Virus genome (UHGV): UHGV-1616770
Length of the DNA: 13,110 bases
Strand: one strand, 5' to 3'
DNA from: a virus
Under the pieces are notes generated by a model. That model was not told the DNA's origin, did no database searches, and worked only from the letters and a program-made list of their open reading frames with translations. Each line of letters starts with the position of its first letter. Position 1 is the stretch's first letter. The translations under genes were made by a program, and so were the position numbers. Positions 1 through 7,924 of the stretch are shown in pieces.

Positions 1-192
1 AAGTCGCTGTCGTTCTCAAAATCGGTGGAGCTGCATGACAAAGTCATCGGGCATTATCTGAACATAAAACACTATCAATAAGTTGGAGTCATTACCCACT
101 TGCTGGTGTGGTGCCTGCAACTGTCTCCCGGATAAATGCCGAGATAACCTTTGCACCTGAACTCACAGGAGCCTCCTATGTCATTAATTGCG

Positions 193-585
193 CTAGAGCG
201 CGCGATATGGAATTTGAAGATTAAGCTGGACCCAGCCATTCTTTTCGCCAACGGTTATTGAGGAAACAGCCTGGTAACTGAGACGATCGTCATCCTTAAA
301 CTCAAACAGTTCCCGCAATTTATCGGCTGTCTCAGTAATGAGTTTTGAACCAGAACCTGCGGGGACAAATAACTGAATAATGATTATCCCCGTGCGATAA
401 ACAACCGGCCCCGCGCCAATTTCATTAACTCCAGCCTGCCCGGGAATATTACTTAAACGCGCCCAGATTAACTTACCGGAAGGATCGAACGTTGGCCCGT
501 TCGGATACAATACGTCTTTTCCATCAATAACCGTCTGTGCCGTCATTCTGGAAATGACCGTATTTCTGATTTCAGTAAACGTCAT
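193..585 (-). CDS. Phage tail-completion / tail-terminator-like protein (last gene of the head-tail joining block)
   Basis: 130-aa ORF with ATG at 585..583 overlapping the upstream stop (ATGA) and TAG stop at 195..193. Function is assigned from position only, as the fifth small gene after the capsid gene in an HK97/SPP1-like order; no diagnostic motif was recognised. Confidence 0.5.
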   Translation of the reverse strand: MTFTEIRNTVISRMTAQTVIDGKDVLYPNGPTFDPSGKLIWARLSNIPGQAGVNEIGAGPVVYRTGIIIIQLFVPAGSGSKLITETADKLRELFEFKDDDRLSYQAVSSITVGEKNGWVQLNLQIPYRAL

Positions 586-962
586 TTGTAAGCCTGTAAA
601 ACACCATTAAAAGCGTTGGCATACACGCCAGTTGGCGCTTGTTGTGAATGACCGTTTTCAAGAGTCTCTGCATAAGGAAGGTTATTCTGGATATAAATAA
701 TTCCGTAATTTGCAGCTTTCGAAATAACTCCGATCCCACGCTGAACCGCAATCGTACCGTTCGGATCCACGTTATCAGATATACCAAAATCGGGATACTG
801 TAACGACACCATGTTGTTATTTCTGAAACGCCCGGTATCAACCGGAGCAGCAATATCAATAGCAGTAAGAATCTGAATAGCGATGTAGCGAATTTTCAGC
901 CCCACATCTTCCTCAATCATCCCGGCAAATATTGACGGTTCGATATCCCATGCCTTTGCCAT
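582..962 (-). CDS. Phage head-tail joining protein, HK97 gp10-like (tentative)
   Basis: 126-aa ORF with ATG at 962..960 directly after the upstream TAA (TAAATG junction) and an AAGGAG Shine-Dalgarno 7 nt upstream. Function is from synteny only. Confidence 0.5.
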   Translation of the reverse strand: MAKAWDIEPSIFAGMIEEDVGLKIRYIAIQILTAIDIAAPVDTGRFRNNNMVSLQYPDFGISDNVDPNGTIAVQRGIGVISKAANYGIIYIQNNLPYAETLENGHSQQAPTGVYANAFNGVLQAYK

Positions 963-1349
963 TTACGCTCTCCTTAACTGGATTGAGTAAACTGATGCGG
1001 AAGGATCTACACTCGCTGTAATTACCTCGTATCGTTGCAACTGCCTTGATACAGAATCATAAATCTCAATAATATGACCGACAGCGGGTTTATCCGTAAC
1101 CTCGCATACCAGAGCAGTTAATTTAAGGTCACCATGCAAAATATTAATCCCATCAATTCTGCCCAGCTTATAACGCGTCAACACACCTCGCCCGGTATAG
1201 GTTGCTGTGGATTCACCGCCAGTTTCAGTCACAGGATCCCAGTTCCGGTACGTAACGTAAGAACCAGAAAAATCACTCACGACGTCTGCTAAATCCTCAT
1301 CAAAAGCAGCGGCAACCTCTGACTGAATCTCTTCACGAAACCCCATCAT
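963..1349 (-). CDS. Phage head-closure / head-tail adaptor protein (tentative)
   Basis: 128-aa ORF with ATG at 1349..1347 overlapping the upstream stop (ATGA) and a GAGGGGGG RBS. Function is from synteny in the connector gene block. Confidence 0.5.
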   Translation of the reverse strand: MMGFREEIQSEVAAAFDEDLADVVSDFSGSYVTYRNWDPVTETGGESTATYTGRGVLTRYKLGRIDGINILHGDLKLTALVCEVTDKPAVGHIIEIYDSVSRQLQRYEVITASVDPSASVYSIQLRRA

Positions 1350-1741
1350 CCCCCCCTCACAACCCTGACTTGTGAGCGACTAAGTCCGTACGGTTTCAGC
1401 AGTGCTATCGCAAGCTGTAAATCGGGTTCAAGCAATGCAGTGCTGTTTGCTGGCAATTCAGCAAATGATTTCGATACACTGACCCCGTCAGCCGACACGG
1501 CTTTACTGATAACAACGCCTGAATCATTTTTCTGCTGAAACAACTTACCGACAGAGGCAATTCTGGCTGCATATGCTCCCGCAAGTTTTACCTCTTCCGG
1601 AATACGGGATGGGTTAATTTTCAGGCTGAAGCCATTAAGCCAGGCATTAGCCATTAAAACAGCTTTATTTTTAGCGTTCTCACTCGTCCAGGCGTTCCCA
1701 AACGCATTATCAACGTCATCACAGGTCACGTAAGTGATCAT
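1346..1741 (-). CDS. Phage gp6-like head-tail connector protein (tentative)
   Basis: 131-aa ORF with ATG at 1741..1739 and an AGGAG RBS 7 nt upstream. Size, N-terminal region and position two genes after the major capsid gene fit the gp6-like connector family; this is inference. Confidence 0.55.
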   Translation of the reverse strand: MITYVTCDDVDNAFGNAWTSENAKNKAVLMANAWLNGFSLKINPSRIPEEVKLAGAYAARIASVGKLFQQKNDSGVVISKAVSADGVSVSKSFAELPANSTALLEPDLQLAIALLKPYGLSRSQVRVVRGG

Positions 1742-1744
1742 GTG

Positions 1745-1969
1745 TTACTCCTGAGTTTTCCAGCCCAGAGCCTTCCAGTTGTCAACTTCATCAGGATGAA
1801 CATTAGCGATAGTTGGTGCGCCGGGAAACATCTGATAATCGGTCACCATAACCACTAACTCAATTTGCGTTTTTTGTGGCTCCTGAATTTGCTCCACATT
1901 CTGCTCCACCACTGCATTTTTTTGCGCGGCTTCACGCTGTGCTCTTTGCTCTTTAGTTAATCCGGCCAT
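1745..1969 (-). CDS. Small hypothetical phage protein between capsid and connector genes
   Basis: 74-aa ORF with ATG at 1969..1967 and a strong GGAGGG RBS 5 nt upstream, sitting immediately after a terminator-like hairpin. No family recognised. Confidence 0.5.
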   Translation of the reverse strand: MAGLTKEQRAQREAAQKNAVVEQNVEQIQEPQKTQIELVVMVTDYQMFPGAPTIANVHPDEVDNWKALGWKTQE

Positions 1970-1980
1970 ATACCCTCCAT

Positions 1981-2001
1981 TAAAAATGGGGCCGAAGCCC
2001 C
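1981..2001 (-). terminator. Intrinsic terminator-like hairpin downstream of the major capsid gene (minus strand)
   Basis: Minus-strand RNA reads GGGGC-UUCG-GCCCC (perfect 5-bp GC stem, UUCG tetraloop; plus 1988..2001) followed by AUUUUUA (plus 1981..1987). It lies 8 nt after the capsid stop at 2012 and just upstream of the RBS of the next gene. Confidence 0.5.
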
Positions 2002-2011
2002 GTTTGGATGT

Positions 2012-3151
2012 TTAACCAAGAATCAGACAACCATGTGCCGGTTTCACTGACGAAACACCCCATGCCAGTCCAACTTCATAGCGCACCTGGCGATACTGAC
2101 GATACAGTGCAATCTGGAACGTAATCCCTGAAATCGGGTCCGTAACATTCATTACATCATCAGCATTATCGCCACCTTCCGGCATTGCCGGAGTACGGGA
2201 TGCCAGCAGAAACGCGTTGCGATCAAACGCCATATTTGCAGTAAAGGAGCCAACAACTGTGATTGCAGTATCATCGGCCAGATCCTGACGCAGTCCTGGC
2301 GCTGCAAGAGTAATCAGATTGCTGGTCGCTGCTGCCACAACATACTGATTCGGATCGCCAGCGAACGTAACAATCTGACCTGCAGAAATACTCCCCGAAC
2401 CAGTATCAATGGAAATAAGAACATCGCCTTCTTTTTTCTCGCCATTCACGAGATAACCTGTTGCAGCAACCTTTGGCGCTCGTTTTACACCTGCCGAACT
2501 GTGAATATTGAATCCCTCCAGACGCCCCAACACGCCCTCACGCAGTAGCTGTTCAGTGCCGGATTCATTCACTTTAAACAATACAGACTGTTTTCCGCGC
2601 AAATTAGCAATGGCAGTGGAACCAAGCACCATCTGCAGATCTGTTGTCGGTGCGCCGTTATCCTCCAGAACCTGACGAGCCAGAGCAGCATCAGAAAGAT
2701 CATCTTTAACACCAAATGGCGTTGTCCCTGCGGTTCCCACGGCGCGGGAAGCACCGAAATACAACGCACCAAGATCAGCCTCAACCTCGTTTGCAAGGGC
2801 GCGAAAAGCCTGCTTGAACTGATCAGCCAGAATGGTGTTGTAAGTCCCTGAAGGGCCAAGAGCCAGTTGTTCTTCACCATTCCATTTAACCGGCGCCATT
2901 TTGGATTTAGTAATTTTTACATCAACAGTGCCAATATTTTGATCACCGGTATTCGGAGCTGACGGCCCCGGTACGATATCTTCGGTTTTCGCCTCAGGCG
3001 CAACTGGCGCGGTTACCGTCTGATCTTTTGCTGCGGCGTCAGCTTTTGCGTTTTTTGCTACCGCAGGGATAAAACCCACCTGCTCACGGGATACAACATC
3101 CAGGGCGGTGTAAATAGTCGGGATCAACCCGGTCAGGGTATTTCCAGCCAT
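2012..3151 (-). CDS. Phage major capsid protein
   Basis: Long ORF directly downstream of the scaffold gene in the canonical portal / F-like / scaffold / capsid order. The ORF-track start at 3244 is TTG; I place the start at the in-frame ATG 3151..3149 (MAGNTLTG...), which has an AAGGAA RBS about 10 nt upstream, giving 379 aa. TAA stop at 2014..2012. Confidence 0.8.
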   Translation of the reverse strand: MAGNTLTGLIPTIYTALDVVSREQVGFIPAVAKNAKADAAAKDQTVTAPVAPEAKTEDIVPGPSAPNTGDQNIGTVDVKITKSKMAPVKWNGEEQLALGPSGTYNTILADQFKQAFRALANEVEADLGALYFGASRAVGTAGTTPFGVKDDLSDAALARQVLEDNGAPTTDLQMVLGSTAIANLRGKQSVLFKVNESGTEQLLREGVLGRLEGFNIHSSAGVKRAPKVAATGYLVNGEKKEGDVLISIDTGSGSISAGQIVTFAGDPNQYVVAAATSNLITLAAPGLRQDLADDTAITVVGSFTANMAFDRNAFLLASRTPAMPEGGDNADDVMNVTDPISGITFQIALYRQYRQVRYEVGLAWGVSSVKPAHGCLILG

Positions 3152-3275
3152 AATTAAATATTCCTTAAAAATTTGCGTAATTGTGTATGGATTGAGTAGT
3201 GAGCTATCCAGCCCTGACACCAGCCCCCATCCGGAAGCTGGCAAATGTATTAATCAACGATTGTGATACCGTCTT

Positions 3276-4013
3276 TCAGTGCGTTTGCTTACCTGCAACA
3301 TCCAGTGCATCAAAAGCAGAGCGTTTCATCGTTTTCTGACCAATATCATGCTGTGTTGGACGGGAACCGCCGCCATTGTTGCCACTGGCTTTCAGGATGT
3401 AGTCTTTCTGAGGGTAATTTTCGACGAGGAACTCCAGCGCCTCATCAAACTGCGCCAGTTCTCCTGGCTTCGCGCGGGAATAAATTTTGTTGCCGGAAGC
3501 GTCATAAGCAACGATCTTCCCTTCTTCCACTTTGAATGCCTGTCCGAAGCGGGCTTGTAATAAATCTGCCGGGATCGCAATTTTATCGGCAATATATTTT
3601 GAACCCGCAAAACTACCGCCAATCATAGAATCGTAAAGCTGCTTCTCCAGCATCTGAGAGCGTTGCTTTTCTTCATCTAATTGCTGCTGAAAATTTTTCG
3701 TAATTTCTGCCTTAACCTGGTCAACCTGTTCCGCATCGATCAGCTTTTTTTGGTCGATTTTTGACAGCATTTCCAGTGCCTCAATCGCCTTCTTCGGGTC
3801 TTCGATAGCGGCAAACTTAGCCAGTTTTTCCTCTGCAGCTTCTTTAGCCAGGCGATGATTTTTTGCCTCGCCATTAAGCTCTGTAATTTTTTTTGTCGCC
3901 AGCGGTGCATCGAAGCCGATTTCTTTACCATCGTCGTGCACATAGACTGGCAGGCCAGCAGTATCAATTTCTGCGTATTGTTTTCCGTTAATCTCGACCG
4001 TTTTCAGTTTCAT
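3276..4013 (-). CDS. Phage scaffolding protein
   Basis: Highly charged E/K-rich, predicted coiled-coil protein between the head morphogenesis and capsid genes. The ORF-track start at 4085 is GTG and lies inside a hairpin; I prefer ATG 4013..4011 (MKLKTVEING..., 245 aa), with in-frame ATG 4058 as an alternative. TGA stop at 3278..3276. Confidence 0.65.
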   Translation of the reverse strand: MKLKTVEINGKQYAEIDTAGLPVYVHDDGKEIGFDAPLATKKITELNGEAKNHRLAKEAAEEKLAKFAAIEDPKKAIEALEMLSKIDQKKLIDAEQVDQVKAEITKNFQQQLDEEKQRSQMLEKQLYDSMIGGSFAGSKYIADKIAIPADLLQARFGQAFKVEEGKIVAYDASGNKIYSRAKPGELAQFDEALEFLVENYPQKDYILKASGNNGGGSRPTQHDIGQKTMKRSAFDALDVAGKQTH

Positions 4014-4073
4014 ATTAGTACCTGGTTTAAGTCTTCCGACAGTTACGCTGCTCACCATCCGGATCGCAGCAAT

Positions 4074-4096
4074 AAAAAAAGCCACCCGAAGGTAGC
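4074..4096 (-). terminator. Terminator-like hairpin between head-morphogenesis and scaffold genes (minus strand)
   Basis: Minus-strand RNA reads GCUACC-UUCG-GGUGGC (6-bp stem with one G-U pair, UUCG tetraloop; plus 4081..4096) followed by UUUUUUU (plus 4074..4080). It starts about 20 nt after the F-like gene stop at 4118. Confidence 0.45.
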
Positions 4097-4117
4097 CTGT
4101 TGTAATAAATGATTTAT

Positions 4118-5233
4118 TTAAATCCCTGCTTTTCTGAATACCTGTGCATCACGCTCACGGAGTTGCTTCAGCGTCAGCCATTCGCCTTTATCGGTGTAAA
4201 ATTCATCTGGCGACATACCGCCATCCCGAATCAGCTTTGCCCGGGTTTCCCCCACAATCTGTTTTTGTCTGGTGTAAGGCTGACGCAAAAACCATTCCCT
4301 GTAGGTTGTATCTCCGGCCACCACGCCATCCATGCTGGCCCGCTCAGCCGGGGAAATATCACGAACATCAATACCCAGTTCCTTCGCTGATTTCAGAATG
4401 AACGTTTCCGTTGAGCGGCAGCAGAAATGAATTTTTCCCGGCCCATGCAAATAAGGCACACTGTGACCTACAGGTTTATTATCCAGCGTATATTTGAGGC
4501 GATCCCTGATTCGACATTGTGGCGTAGTACGATTATCAAGCGTTGATAACCATTGCTTACCCTTAATCAAATCATTATTCGCGCTGGCAAAACTCTCACG
4601 GGCAGTAGCAGCAAGATGTCCAACCGCTGTTTTTGCAATGCTGGCCGCATTAGCCCGGCTCATCTGCAATGCACCATCCTGAAATCCCTTGCTGACATGT
4701 CCCCGAATTTTTCTTGCGATCTGCTCATTGGTATCCCCCAGCAAAAAACCCTGACGCACCGTATTTGTTATGCGTCTGAGCCGATCCGCCTCAAGATCCA
4801 AGGCCCACTCACTGAGCAGTCGTCCCTGGAATGGTCGCGCCATTGCAGCGGCGTAAAGTGCATCAGAAGATATACCAACCAGAGGGTGAACATCAGCAAC
4901 AAAATCAGGTAGCAGAGAATCAAACAGACTTAACTGATAACCAGCCTCATAAATTGCCAGCTCGTTCAGCTCTCCGGAGAGACTGGTAAACATGCTGTTA
5001 ATAGCAGCGCGGTTAACCTCTCTGACACTCGCCAGAAGTGACTCCAGGCGCGTAACGGTAAAACTACCAGGATCGAGGCTGTCCAGTGCTACCAGCAGGC
5101 GAGCTGTAAGCTCCGCATCGCTGTCATTCAGTATTTTCACCATTCTGGCAGCCACACCAGTGCTATAGCGGGATATCCAGACTGCATGAGCAATTGATTC
5201 ATCACGCAGCCGTTCATTCACGGTTTGCATCAT
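4118..5233 (-). CDS. Phage head morphogenesis protein, Mu F-like / SPP1 gp7 family
   Basis: 371-aa ORF immediately after the portal gene, with ATG at 5233..5231 overlapping the portal 3' end by 20 nt. It contains the conserved Cys/His-bearing region (…TPQCRIRDR…GPGKIHFCCRS…) typical of Mu F-like minor head proteins. TAA stop at 4120..4118. Confidence 0.8.
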   Translation of the reverse strand: MMQTVNERLRDESIAHAVWISRYSTGVAARMVKILNDSDAELTARLLVALDSLDPGSFTVTRLESLLASVREVNRAAINSMFTSLSGELNELAIYEAGYQLSLFDSLLPDFVADVHPLVGISSDALYAAAMARPFQGRLLSEWALDLEADRLRRITNTVRQGFLLGDTNEQIARKIRGHVSKGFQDGALQMSRANAASIAKTAVGHLAATARESFASANNDLIKGKQWLSTLDNRTTPQCRIRDRLKYTLDNKPVGHSVPYLHGPGKIHFCCRSTETFILKSAKELGIDVRDISPAERASMDGVVAGDTTYREWFLRQPYTRQKQIVGETRAKLIRDGGMSPDEFYTDKGEWLTLKQLRERDAQVFRKAGI

Positions 5234-6620
5234 TGATTTCCATCAGCATTACACTCTGATTTTTTAATTCATCGATCACTTCCTCTGGACGGGAATCCTG
5301 ATCGATAAATTTCAACGCCTGCAACACCCGAACCGCATCAATCTGACGTATATCACCGCCCTGACGCAATGACTGAACAGCCAGCGCGGAGGATGAGTCA
5401 AACACCTGGGCAGATACATCCAGTTCAGTGCGCACATCCACATTGCCACCGCAACTCTCTCCGCTCCATTCCGCCATTATCTGGAGAATATTATCGAGGG
5501 CATCTTCGAGGGAGTTCGCCATTGTATAAAGCGGCGAGTGTTCCTGCATCCGCTCTTCATTAGTCTGATCAACAGATTTGGTGGATGTATTTTCAGCCCG
5601 CAGAAGTTTAGCGCCGGCATGACGCATCTGATTTTCCAGCTTCTCAAGTGATGTTTCGCCAGATTCTATCGCTGCGCCACTATGTTCAACATATTCGAGG
5701 CCATTTTTTGTTCTGTCCTCAAAAATCGTAGCGGTGGATGCACCAACCGGCAGTTCTTCATTCCTGTCCAGCCCGTAGGCCACCAGCAATGGAACGCGGG
5801 CAACATGAAGAATATTGTCCTGCTCGCTCTGGCTTTGCCAGTGCTTGATATTCAGCAAGCCAAGATTAAGCAATGGCGGTGTACCACGCATAAACCCTGT
5901 TTTCTTCGTATACAGTGTTACCAGAGGAATATCATCACGGCTGGTATTCCATGACTCGTGAAGCGTCCAGACAGATTCGCCATTAGTACCTTCGCTGCGT
6001 CGATAAATTTCAACGCAACGGGGCATAATATGGCGGATCTGCTCCACCTTCTTCTGCCCGAAATCATCACCATCAATAATGATGACCTCTTTTATACGCA
6101 AATCAGTGAGAACAACTTTCCCTTTTTCAACTTTCGATTTCCATCCAATAACCTGGCGTGGATTCAGCATCGTAACGTACGGACGACCACCGGCCGCGTT
6201 TTCATCGGCTTTTGTCCGAATCTCTTTCATATCCGTTCGTGGATAGTCCACCAGCGCATGTGCCACACCATACTGAAATGCGAGGCTGAAAAATTGCTGC
6301 GCCCACACATCCAGTCGGCTCCCCTCCATGTCGATATTTTCTGCATATTCCCTGATTTTTGCCGGCGTTTCCTCACTCAATACTGTCGGCTCTGCAAATA
6401 TGCGCCCAATATTTTGCTTGATGCTTTCTTCATACACAGGAAGTAGCGTAGCCACAGACAGGCGTTTTTTATAAGCGTCTTCATCTTCGTTAGGCCATTT
6501 TGGGAGATAATTTTCCCCCTGCCTGCGCATTTCAAGCGTACCGCCCATCAGTGCGTCGTTAATATCCCACGCCTCCAGCATATCGTTATAGTCGAGGTTG
6601 GGTGTTGATATATCAGCCAT
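5214..6620 (-). CDS. Phage portal protein
   Basis: 468-aa ORF starting 2 nt after the TerL stop (ATG 6620..6618), in the standard position between terminase large subunit and head morphogenesis gene; the size fits SPP1-type portals. Confidence 0.85.
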   Translation of the reverse strand: MADISTPNLDYNDMLEAWDINDALMGGTLEMRRQGENYLPKWPNEDEDAYKKRLSVATLLPVYEESIKQNIGRIFAEPTVLSEETPAKIREYAENIDMEGSRLDVWAQQFFSLAFQYGVAHALVDYPRTDMKEIRTKADENAAGGRPYVTMLNPRQVIGWKSKVEKGKVVLTDLRIKEVIIIDGDDFGQKKVEQIRHIMPRCVEIYRRSEGTNGESVWTLHESWNTSRDDIPLVTLYTKKTGFMRGTPPLLNLGLLNIKHWQSQSEQDNILHVARVPLLVAYGLDRNEELPVGASTATIFEDRTKNGLEYVEHSGAAIESGETSLEKLENQMRHAGAKLLRAENTSTKSVDQTNEERMQEHSPLYTMANSLEDALDNILQIMAEWSGESCGGNVDVRTELDVSAQVFDSSSALAVQSLRQGGDIRQIDAVRVLQALKFIDQDSRPEEVIDELKNQSVMLMEINDANRE

Positions 6621-6622
6621 AA

Positions 6623-7924
6623 TTAAATCCGAAGTGATGTGACTCTTCCGGTCGGTTTGACAATAGGGAATTGCTTAACGATGAAATAACCTCCGGCATC
6701 ATTCGGGTGATCATTGCCAGATTTTTTATCAGGTTCCCCCTTCTCATCCCAGACCTGTTGCTCCAGAGATTCGGCATATAACGGGCAACGCTTCACATTA
6801 ACTTTATAGCGACGCTCACCATTGGCATTGCAGAACATTGCATTCATTGAGTTAACGCGATCTTTTACTGGCGGGTTCGAGCTGTTCACCACAACGTTAA
6901 AACCAGCCTGCTTAAGCTGGGCTATATCCGTCGTACTTGCGTTACTTGATTTTCTGGAATCCCCGGAAGCATCTGGATAAATATAAATTTCCCTCACTTT
7001 CCGGTAATCATTCCCATCATACAGCCAGAAGCGTTCTTTAATGATGCGGATCATATCCGGCGTATCGTAGGCATTGATGATTTCAGTTACCGCACATGGA
7101 AGCCCCAAACGCAGCACATGGACGATTCCCGCCATCTTTCCAACGTTAAAATCCATCCCAATATAAATCGGCTCCCCTGGCTGCTCCACTTCTTCGCAAT
7201 TATTCAGTTTCCGGTCAAACTGATGGTAAACAGTACCACTTGTCAGGTTAGTAAACTGTCCTCGAAGATAGGCTTTAATCAGCTCTGGAGGGTATGATTC
7301 AAGAAGCGAAGGAATGTAATCTGCTGGCAGGTTCTTTTCATTATCGAAAGTAGATGCCTGCACCAGACCATACAGTGAGGCCAGCTCTGTTTTTTCACGC
7401 ACGGCTTTAACAAACTGCTCGTAGACAAATTTGAATCCTTCCGGCGTGGTTGTAACGTCAATACCGTTGCGAAGTCCATCAATCTTATAACGCATACGCG
7501 CAATTATCTTGCGCCACGCCGTTCTGGCTTTTTCCTTCGGCAAAATGTCCAGTTCATCCACCAACGCATTACCAATTTTGAAACCGACGATCGTTTGTGG
7601 CTTCTCCATCGATCTGCAGATAGTGGTTCCCCGATACTGGCGTCCGTAATAAAAGTGAACCTCTTTATTTCCCTCATTAATTTTTACGTTCAATCCCCAG
7701 TCAGCAGCAACTTCTTCCACTGTAGGGTAAAAAATATCGCGAATTTGGGGATACGTTGGCGCAAAATATCCCTGATTTATACCAGGATGTTCCCAAATCC
7801 CCTTGCATATGCCACCACACCCAATCCATGTTTTACCCGAGCCAAAACCAGCGACATAGGCTTTAAATTTGTGGGGCATTGAAAGAAATCGCGCCTGAGG
7901 CACATTAAGCGTCGGAGAGATCAT
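6623..7924 (-). CDS. Terminase large subunit (TerL)
   Basis: Walker A motif GFGSGKT near the N-terminus and a hydrophobic-DE Walker B-like segment (ALVDELD). The ORF-track start at 7933 is GTG; I prefer ATG 7924..7922, which sits 8 nt after an AAGGAG RBS (ATG 7930 is a possible alternative), overlapping the terS 3' end. TAA stop at 6625..6623. Confidence 0.9.
   Translation of the reverse strand: MISPTLNVPQARFLSMPHKFKAYVAGFGSGKTWIGCGGICKGIWEHPGINQGYFAPTYPQIRDIFYPTVEEVAADWGLNVKINEGNKEVHFYYGRQYRGTTICRSMEKPQTIVGFKIGNALVDELDILPKEKARTAWRKIIARMRYKIDGLRNGIDVTTTPEGFKFVYEQFVKAVREKTELASLYGLVQASTFDNEKNLPADYIPSLLESYPPELIKAYLRGQFTNLTSGTVYHQFDRKLNNCEEVEQPGEPIYIGMDFNVGKMAGIVHVLRLGLPCAVTEIINAYDTPDMIRIIKERFWLYDGNDYRKVREIYIYPDASGDSRKSSNASTTDIAQLKQAGFNVVVNSSNPPVKDRVNSMNAMFCNANGERRYKVNVKRCPLYAESLEQQVWDEKGEPDKKSGNDHPNDAGGYFIVKQFPIVKPTGRVTSLRI

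Noticed and set aside
3152-3244. N-terminal extension of the capsid ORF (ORF-track start at 3244)
   Set aside because: The codon at 3244..3242 is TTG with no Shine-Dalgarno, whereas the in-frame ATG at 3151 has an AAGGAA RBS at good spacing and gives a typical capsid N-terminus.
3152-3275. Possible promoter or direct repeat (GGGCTGG twice) in the scaffold-capsid intergenic region
   Set aside because: There is no -35/-10 pair with acceptable spacing and no stable hairpin; the short direct repeat is within chance expectation for a GC-rich spacer.
4056-4085. Longer scaffold start at GTG 4085 or ATG 4058
   Set aside because: GTG 4085 lies inside the terminator-like hairpin and ATG 4058 has no Shine-Dalgarno; ATG 4013 with an MKLK N-terminus is preferred, though 4058 is not excluded.
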